This document shows positions 58,659-64,000 of a stretch of DNA of 64,000 nucleotides, piece after piece. Below the pieces are notes generated by a model. That model worked only from the letters and a program-made list of their open reading frames with translations, made no database searches and was not told where the DNA came from. The stretch lies in contig CAXRGQ010000006.1 of assembly GCA_964230215.1 (NCBI GenBank), forward strand, positions 475,652 through 539,651. The letters run 5' to 3'. Position numbers and translations under genes: made by a program. Every line of letters starts with the position of its first letter. Positions within the stretch are counted from its first letter, which is position 1. The stretch is from Flavobacteriales bacterium. GTDB taxonomy: Bacteria > Bacteroidota > Bacteroidia > Flavobacteriales_D > JAUILH01.

Positions 58659-59222
58659 ATGAAAGATTTTTTGAAGAATAATCCCCTTGCTAAGTTTTTA
58701 CTTATAGCCTTAGGTGCTTATATCGCATGGATTATTCTTTATGAAGGCGTATTTGAATCATTAGGCTGGAAAATTAAACTGGACTTTTGGGTGTCTCAAG
58801 TTCTATCTGACACCAGCGCTGTGCTTCTTGATATATTCGGTTTTGATCCAACCCAACGCACTGAAGGTGATTTTGTGGTAATAGGACTGCCAGATCCTTC
58901 TGGGTTTGGTGTGCATATAGGTCCCGATTGTAACGGGGTGAGCTTATTTGCTTTATTCCTTGTATATGTGCTCGCGTTCCCTGGCCCAAGCAAAAAGAAA
59001 CTTTGGTTTATCCCTCTCGGAATTCTTAGCATACATTTATTAAATACAATACGTATTGCTTCATTGGCATATATTGCACGTTATTACCCTGCATACCTAG
59101 ATTTAAACCACACCTACACCTTTCAGATACTGGTGTATGGGTATGTATTTTTCCTATGGTATGTGTGGACCAACAAATTGAGCGGATTAACCCATGACAA
59201 AAACACCTCTGAGGAAATATAG
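58659..59222 (+). CDS. xrtF: Exosortase family protein XrtF
   Basis: 187-aa polytopic membrane protein. The exosortase catalytic-triad context is present: Cys in GPDCNGVS, Arg in LLNTIRIASL and His in DLNHTYTF. Size and lineage fit the Bacteroidota XrtF subfamily. Confidence 0.85.
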   Translation: MKDFLKNNPLAKFLLIALGAYIAWIILYEGVFESLGWKIKLDFWVSQVLSDTSAVLLDIFGFDPTQRTEGDFVVIGLPDPSGFGVHIGPDCNGVSLFALFLVYVLAFPGPSKKKLWFIPLGILSIHLLNTIRIASLAYIARYYPAYLDLNHTYTFQILVYGYVFFLWYVWTNKLSGLTHDKNTSEEI

Positions 59223-59694
59223 ATGGGTTAGTGTCATCCTATTGGCCGCCCTTATACTGATGTCTGGTTATAAACGGGATCGTGTGTTCTATTATCTAGA
59301 TGCTCGTATTCAATATGAAGAGGGAAATTATCACAGAGATTTAGCTAAAGAGTATCTACCAGATTCTGAATTTAAAACCATTTATAATCAAGATTTGGAT
59401 GGACTTTATAAAGAGAAGTGGATACAAACAGGGAAATTCACGGTTATCTATTTTTTGATTGCTTTTTTAGGCTTAATATTATTTGAAACCGATAAGTCTT
59501 TCTTTAAATACCTACTATATCTGTATCTAGCACTCACTTTAATAGGTTTTCTCGCATATGGTCTCGATTATGTCATCTCAATGAATAATCTAGGCTATAC
59601 TATTGCCATGTTCCTTATGCACATTCTACAATCTCCTCTGCCTCTTTTTATTTTCCTTCCTGCCCAAGTTCTTCTCACTTATAAAAAGAAATAA
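59194..59694 (+). CDS. Exosortase F system-associated membrane protein
   Basis: 166 aa with 4 TM segments. It overlaps xrtF by 29 nt. This is the position and architecture of the conserved XrtF-partner family in Flavobacteriia. Confidence 0.75.
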   Translation: MTKTPLRKYRWVSVILLAALILMSGYKRDRVFYYLDARIQYEEGNYHRDLAKEYLPDSEFKTIYNQDLDGLYKEKWIQTGKFTVIYFLIAFLGLILFETDKSFFKYLLYLYLALTLIGFLAYGLDYVISMNNLGYTIAMFLMHILQSPLPLFIFLPAQVLLTYKKK

Positions 59695-59751
59695 ACATTT
59701 CTTAGGCAACTGAATTTAAGTTTATAGCTTTGCCGCATCATTTTAAAAGCT

Positions 59752-61023
59752 ATGGTTAGAGACACTACTATTTTCGACTTAATTGAGCAAGAAAAGTCAC
59801 GTCAACTGAATGGAATTGAGCTAATTGCATCCGAAAACTTTGTGAGTCCGCAGGTAATGGAAGCTATGGGATCTGTACTTACAAATAAGTATGCAGAAGG
59901 GCTTCCGGGTAAACGCTATTATGGAGGATGTGAAGTGGTTGATAAAGTTGAAAATTTAGCCATTGATAGACTAAAAGAATTGTTTGGTGCTGCATGGGCA
60001 AATGTTCAACCACATTCGGGTGCACAAGCAAATGCAGCGGTTATGCTGGCATGTTTAAACCCTGGTGATGCCATATTAGGTTTTGATTTATCGCATGGCG
60101 GACATTTAACACATGGTTCGTCTGTAAACTTTAGTGGAAAACTATACGAGCCACATTTTTACGGTGTTGAAGAAGACACTGGCATGATTGATTACGACAA
60201 GTTGCACGACACTGCAAAACAAGTAATGCCGAAAATGATTATATGTGGAGCATCTGCATATTCGAGAGATTGGGACTACGAGCGCCTAAGAGAGATTGCC
60301 GATGAAGTAGGCGCAATTCTGCTTGCAGATATTTCACACCCAGCAGGTTTAATTGCAAGCGGTCTACTAAATAATCCTCTTCCTCACTGTCATGTAGTTA
60401 CAACAACTACGCATAAAACACTAAGAGGTCCAAGAGGTGGCGTTATTATGATGGGGAATGATATGGCCAATCCATGGGGTATAACTACGCCAAAAGGTAC
60501 GGTTAGAATGCTATCATCTCTGCTTGACTCAGGTGTATTCCCAGGCACGCAAGGAGGTCCTTTAGAACATGTTATTGCAGCAAAGGCAGTTGCTTTTGGA
60601 GAAGCACTTAGTAATGATTACAAGTCTTACTGTAAACAAGTTATAGCAAACGCACAAGCTATGGCAGATACTCTAGTGGCGAAAGGGTATAAGATTATTT
60701 CAGGTGGTACAGATAATCATTCTATGCTGATCGATCTTAGAAACAAAAACATATCTGGTAAAGATGCTGAAAATGCTCTGGTTAAGGCTGAAATTACCGT
60801 GAATAAGAACATGGTTCCATTTGATGATAAATCTCCTTTTGTTACAAGCGGAATTAGAATTGGTACGCCAGCTATAACTACTAGAGGTCTCAAAGAAGAG
60901 GATTGCAAGAAAGTAGTTGAGTTGATGGACCGTGTTTTAACTAACCACGACAATGAGCAAGTGATTTCAGAAGTTAAAAATGAGGTACATGCCTTAATGA
61001 ATGGATTACCGTTGTTCGCTTAA
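59752..61023 (+). CDS. glyA: Serine hydroxymethyltransferase
   Basis: 423 aa. [20 protein letters not shown] and PLP-lysine motif [15 protein letters not shown]. Confidence 0.97.
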   Translation: MVRDTTIFDLIEQEKSRQLNGIELIASENFVSPQVMEAMGSVLTNKYAEGLPGKRYYGGCEVVDKVENLAIDRLKELFGAAWANVQPHSGAQANAAVMLACLNPGDAILGFDLSHGGHLTHGSSVNFSGKLYEPHFYGVEEDTGMIDYDKLHDTAKQVMPKMIICGASAYSRDWDYERLREIADEVGAILLADISHPAGLIASGLLNNPLPHCHVVTTTTHKTLRGPRGGVIMMGNDMANPWGITTPKGTVRMLSSLLDSGVFPGTQGGPLEHVIAAKAVAFGEALSNDYKSYCKQVIANAQAMADTLVAKGYKIISGGTDNHSMLIDLRNKNISGKDAENALVKAEITVNKNMVPFDDKSPFVTSGIRIGTPAITTRGLKEEDCKKVVELMDRVLTNHDNEQVISEVKNEVHALMNGLPLFA

Positions 61024-61025
61024 AT

Positions 61026-62048
61026 TTAGCTTTGCATCCATTTGTAAACATCTACTTTATTTTCTTTACCCTTTAGCTCAAGAGCGCCCACATGCTCAAA
61101 TTGTGACTTTGTAGATGTAATGTTATTATATACATCTTCGCTAACTAGCAGATTTGCATTGTGTTGATTGCACATACCCTGAATACGTGCACTTGTGTTG
61201 AGGGTATCACCACTAAAGTCAACGTTCTTTTTTAAATAACCAATAACAGCCCCTATACATTCTCCAGTGTGAATTCCTGATTTAAACAGAGGCTCAAACC
61301 CATACTTTTTCATGAAGTAATCCTTCTTCTTGGCTAAAATTTGATTTATGGCAATGTGCAAATTTGTGCAGTTATCATCTTTAAATCCATCCTCAAAGCG
61401 CCACGTAAAAATTACTTCATCGCCAATATATTTTAGAATGCTTGCCTTGTGTTTTAGAGCTGGTCCAGTCATATAATAGAGAGATTCATTTACAAATTCA
61501 TAAAACATTTTATCGTCCATCTTCTCTGCAATCGCCGTACTATCCTTCATATCAATAAACATAAATACTCTATTCTCTTTTCTCGGCTTACTATACCTTC
61601 CACTAATAAAACTGGCGAATGTCCCCTGCCCCATTATTATCTCGGTGGTGTAGATAAAAAGAACAAAGAATGATAGAACCGCATATCGATATATTTGTAG
61701 GACGTATCCTTTATCCATCATCATATCAGTAAAATAGGAGAATCTAAAACTCTGCATCAGGTTTTTTCCGTCAACAAAATAGGCCTCAATCGAAACGCCC
61801 ATAATTATGAGCAGGTTAATTCCCAAGAGAATAATAAAGTACTCAATATAAATTGGTAATGATTTTAACCTCTGTGTCACCACAAACTCTTTCACAAAGA
61901 TGCTCCCAGCGCCCACCACAAAAGCCGATAATGCCTCCCACCACAAGAATGATCTGCCTTCATAAATAAGAAGCATCAGATACAATACGGCTCCTATCAA
62001 ACCATATCGTAAAATGCCTTTTAACTTGTATAATGTATATCTAAACAT
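61026..62048 (-). CDS. Membrane-anchored class III adenylate/guanylate cyclase
   Basis: 340 aa with about 5 N-terminal TM segments. The cyclase domain shows VFMFIDMKDSTAI (metal Asp), KYIGDEVIF, GIHTGECIGAVIG and FSGDTLNTSARIQG. Confidence 0.85.
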   Translation of the reverse strand: MFRYTLYKLKGILRYGLIGAVLYLMLLIYEGRSFLWWEALSAFVVGAGSIFVKEFVVTQRLKSLPIYIEYFIILLGINLLIIMGVSIEAYFVDGKNLMQSFRFSYFTDMMMDKGYVLQIYRYAVLSFFVLFIYTTEIIMGQGTFASFISGRYSKPRKENRVFMFIDMKDSTAIAEKMDDKMFYEFVNESLYYMTGPALKHKASILKYIGDEVIFTWRFEDGFKDDNCTNLHIAINQILAKKKDYFMKKYGFEPLFKSGIHTGECIGAVIGYLKKNVDFSGDTLNTSARIQGMCNQHNANLLVSEDVYNNITSTKSQFEHVGALELKGKENKVDVYKWMQS

Positions 62049-62100
62049 ATTGACTTAGCGACTGTAATATTACTTAGATTTGCAAGACTATCGGAAGGAA

Positions 62101-63087
62101 ATGCCTGCTTTTTTAAGACTATACGTATTAGATATGATCCTTGTTTGGGGAGCTTACGGCGTATACTATCTCTACCCATTTGCGCATCTTGGATCACTTC
62201 AACAAAAAGAATTTGGCATAGAGATATTGCTTTACCTAACCATCGCTTATAGCATAATCGCTCTTTATACTTTGTACCATAAGGCAGCTCAAGATGAGTC
62301 AACAAAAGCTTATCGGATTCTGGAAGCATTGCTCTCAAAAAAGTCCGTTAAAGGTGTAAAAAACGATCTTCTTTTTATGGGAGTTAAGTTCTTTTTTATT
62401 CCTCTTATGGTGCCATCAACTATTGCTTACGGCGAATCAGTTTGGACGATGATGCAGAACTTTAATGCGGCTAAGTTGAGTTTTATTCAGCTTTTTAATT
62501 CACAGATTTTCCCCATAATCGTTCAGCTAGTCATGGTTATTTCATTGGCCTACTATAGCTTTGGCTACCTCATTGAGTCGAAGAAATTAGGTAGTACGGT
62601 GCGCTCTGTAGAACCTAGTCTTTTTGGCTGGCTTGTTTGCATAGTATGTTATGTCCCATTTTATACCTTCTTGGCAAAATACGTTCCTATGTACACCCAT
62701 GATTTAGCCTATTTCTATAATGATACCGTCACTTTTATAGTTAGACTCGTTCTTATTGTCGCTATGTCATATAAAATTTGGGCAATATCTGTTTTGGGTG
62801 CTAAATGCTCTAACCTTACCAATAGAGGTATCGTAACTGCGGGTCCCTACAAACATGTTCGACATCCACATTATGTCGCTAAGCTGAGTGTATGGTGGAT
62901 TACACTTATACCGGCAATAAACAATGAATCCATTGGCACTAGCTGGGAGCCACTATTGTATATGTTATTATGGACACTGATTTACGGCTTAAGAGCGTAT
63001 ACTGAAGAACAGCACTTATTGAGTGATAAAGATTACCAGTCGTACTACAATAAGGTAAAATATCGTTTTATCCCTGGGCTCTATTAA
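62101..63087 (+). CDS. Isoprenylcysteine carboxyl methyltransferase (ICMT)/phospholipid methyltransferase-family membrane protein
   Basis: Polytopic membrane protein. The C-terminal motif is LVTAGPYKHVRHPHYVAKL...EEQHLL. The track starts at the TTG at 62080, but the ATG at 62101, preceded by GGAAGGAA, is preferred. Confidence 0.75.
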   Translation: MPAFLRLYVLDMILVWGAYGVYYLYPFAHLGSLQQKEFGIEILLYLTIAYSIIALYTLYHKAAQDESTKAYRILEALLSKKSVKGVKNDLLFMGVKFFFIPLMVPSTIAYGESVWTMMQNFNAAKLSFIQLFNSQIFPIIVQLVMVISLAYYSFGYLIESKKLGSTVRSVEPSLFGWLVCIVCYVPFYTFLAKYVPMYTHDLAYFYNDTVTFIVRLVLIVAMSYKIWAISVLGAKCSNLTNRGIVTAGPYKHVRHPHYVAKLSVWWITLIPAINNESIGTSWEPLLYMLLWTLIYGLRAYTEEQHLLSDKDYQSYYNKVKYRFIPGLY

Positions 63088-63159
63088 GACTGTAATTTTT
63101 GCGGCATTTACATGCAATTTCTGTATGTGTTGCGTACATTTATAGAAAATTTTATAGTT

Positions 63160-64000
63160 ATGATAAAGGCAAACAATCCAAATTTAAAATCATGGGTAAA
63201 TGTAGACGCAGCATCTGATTTCCCAATCCAAAACTTACCATTCGGAATTTATTCAACACTTAATAAATCTGCTAGAGTTGGTGTAGCTATTGGTGATATG
63301 ATTTTGGATTTAGCCGAATTACATGCATTAGGATATTTATCCGATCTAGGCTTTACATCTACTGACTTTTCATCATCTACTCTCAACTCAATGATGATGC
63401 ACGGTAAGCAAGCAACTAGAAACCTAAGAAACAGATTATCGGATCTTTTGGAAGAAGGGAATAAGGAATTACAGGGAAATAACGACCATGTATCAAGAGT
63501 TCTCGACCTACAAGCAGATGCTACTATGCACATGCCTGTAAAGGTTGGTGATTACACTGATTTCTATTCAAGTGAGCAGCATGCCTATAATGTTGGATGT
63601 ATGTTTAGAGACCCTAACAACGCCTTACTTCCGAATTGGAAACATATACCAGTTGGTTACCATGGTAGAGCATCATCTATTGTTATTAGCGGAACGCCTA
63701 TTCACCGTCCAAAAGGTCAACAAAAACCAAATGATGACGAACCACCGGTTTTCGGTCCTTGTAAGCTATTGGATTTCGAATTGGAAATGGCTTTTGTTAC
63801 TTATGAGGGGAAACCTCTAGGTGAATCAATATCGACCAAAGAAGCAGATGACTACATTTTTGGAATGTGCATTTTTAATGACTGGTCTGCAAGAGACATA
63901 CAGAAGTGGGAATATGTTCCACTAGGTCCATTTTTAGCGAAAAATTTTGCTTCTAGTGTGTCACCATGGATTGTAACATTGGATGCTCTAGAACCATTTA
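63160..64000 (+). CDS. fahA: Fumarylacetoacetase (3'-truncated by window end)
   Basis: Absent from the track because no stop codon falls in the window. My own translation from the ATG at 63160 is MIKANNPNLKSWVNVDAASDFPIQNLPFGIY...VGDYTDFYSSEQHAYNVGCMFRDPNNALLPNWKHIPVGYHGRASSIVISGTP...FELEMAF...FNDWSARDIQKWEYVPLGPFLAKNF, which is the canonical FAH N-terminal and catalytic domains. Confidence 0.88.
   Translation, partial: MIKANNPNLKSWVNVDAASDFPIQNLPFGIYSTLNKSARVGVAIGDMILDLAELHALGYLSDLGFTSTDFSSSTLNSMMMHGKQATRNLRNRLSDLLEEGNKELQGNNDHVSRVLDLQADATMHMPVKVGDYTDFYSSEQHAYNVGCMFRDPNNALLPNWKHIPVGYHGRASSIVISGTPIHRPKGQQKPNDDEPPVFGPCKLLDFELEMAFVTYEGKPLGESISTKEADDYIFGMCIFNDWSARDIQKWEYVPLGPFLAKNFASSVSPWIVTLDALEPF

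Noticed and set aside
62021-62338. 105-aa minus-strand ORF spanning the cyclase/ICMT divergent region.
   Set aside because: It overlaps the cyclase start and lies antisense to the N-terminus of the ICMT-like gene. No motifs were seen, so it is most likely spurious.
63249-63820. Track ORFs 63249-63533 (-) and 63545-63820 (+).
   Set aside because: Both fall inside the fumarylacetoacetase reading frame (63160 onward, frame 1). That frame translates into canonical FAH motifs and was missed by the track only because it has no stop codon in the window.
1-64000. Search for defence systems (restriction-modification, toxin-antitoxin, CBASS, retrons, Cas genes), prophage genes, and tRNA, rRNA or riboswitch elements.
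   Set aside because: No nuclease, helicase or methylase combinations exist beyond UvrAB. No phage structural genes were seen. No intergenic region has tRNA-like T-arm sequences or extended conserved structure. The longest intergenic gaps (about 190-300 nt) look like promoter and terminator regions.

Overview
The window looks like chromosomal DNA from an AT-rich member of the Bacteroidota, probably Flavobacteriia. Lineage markers are T9SS C-terminal sorting domains, the rpmG-DUF4295-ftsY arrangement, an xrtF cassette and TAnnTTTG-type promoter boxes.

Positions 1-19.6 kb and 59.7-64 kb are housekeeping. They carry uvrB, an AsnC/Lrp regulator, modABC, rimO, ftsY, rpmG, an nth-like gene, an ECF sigma factor, uvrA, a propeller-SpoIIE sensor phosphatase, glyA, a class III cyclase, an ICMT-like methyltransferase and a 3'-truncated fumarylacetoacetase gene.

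Positions 19.6-58.3 kb form one very large surface-glycan locus that is visibly more AT-rich than the flanks. Its contents are:
- about 9 glycosyltransferases
- 4 SDR epimerase/dehydratases
- wecE
- 3 membrane acyltransferase-3 genes and 2 hexapeptide acyltransferases
- an ATP-grasp ligase and a SAM methyltransferase
- 4 sulfotransferases from different subfamilies
- a GtrB-like/GT-C pair
- a Wzm/Wzt ABC exporter
- a Wzc-type tyrosine autokinase

Two things stand out as candidate undescribed systems:
1. An XrtF exosortase cassette (58.4-59.7 kb). It is immediately preceded by a terminator-delimited 80-aa gene with the architecture expected of the exosortase's substrate: signal peptide, a Pro/Gly-rich CWPPPC peptide, a PVDGG motif, a TM helix and a basic tail.
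2. A translationally coupled five-gene operon (40.8-45.3 kb) inserted in the middle of the glycan locus. It encodes a T9SS-CTD protein, three tandem secreted paralogs with an 8-Cys C-type-lectin/FGE-like C-terminal domain ending in RCCYx[KR], and a TlpA-like CxxC thiol-disulfide oxidoreductase.

I saw no tRNA or rRNA genes, CRISPR arrays, transposases or integrases. All homology statements come from reading motifs by eye, not from database searches.
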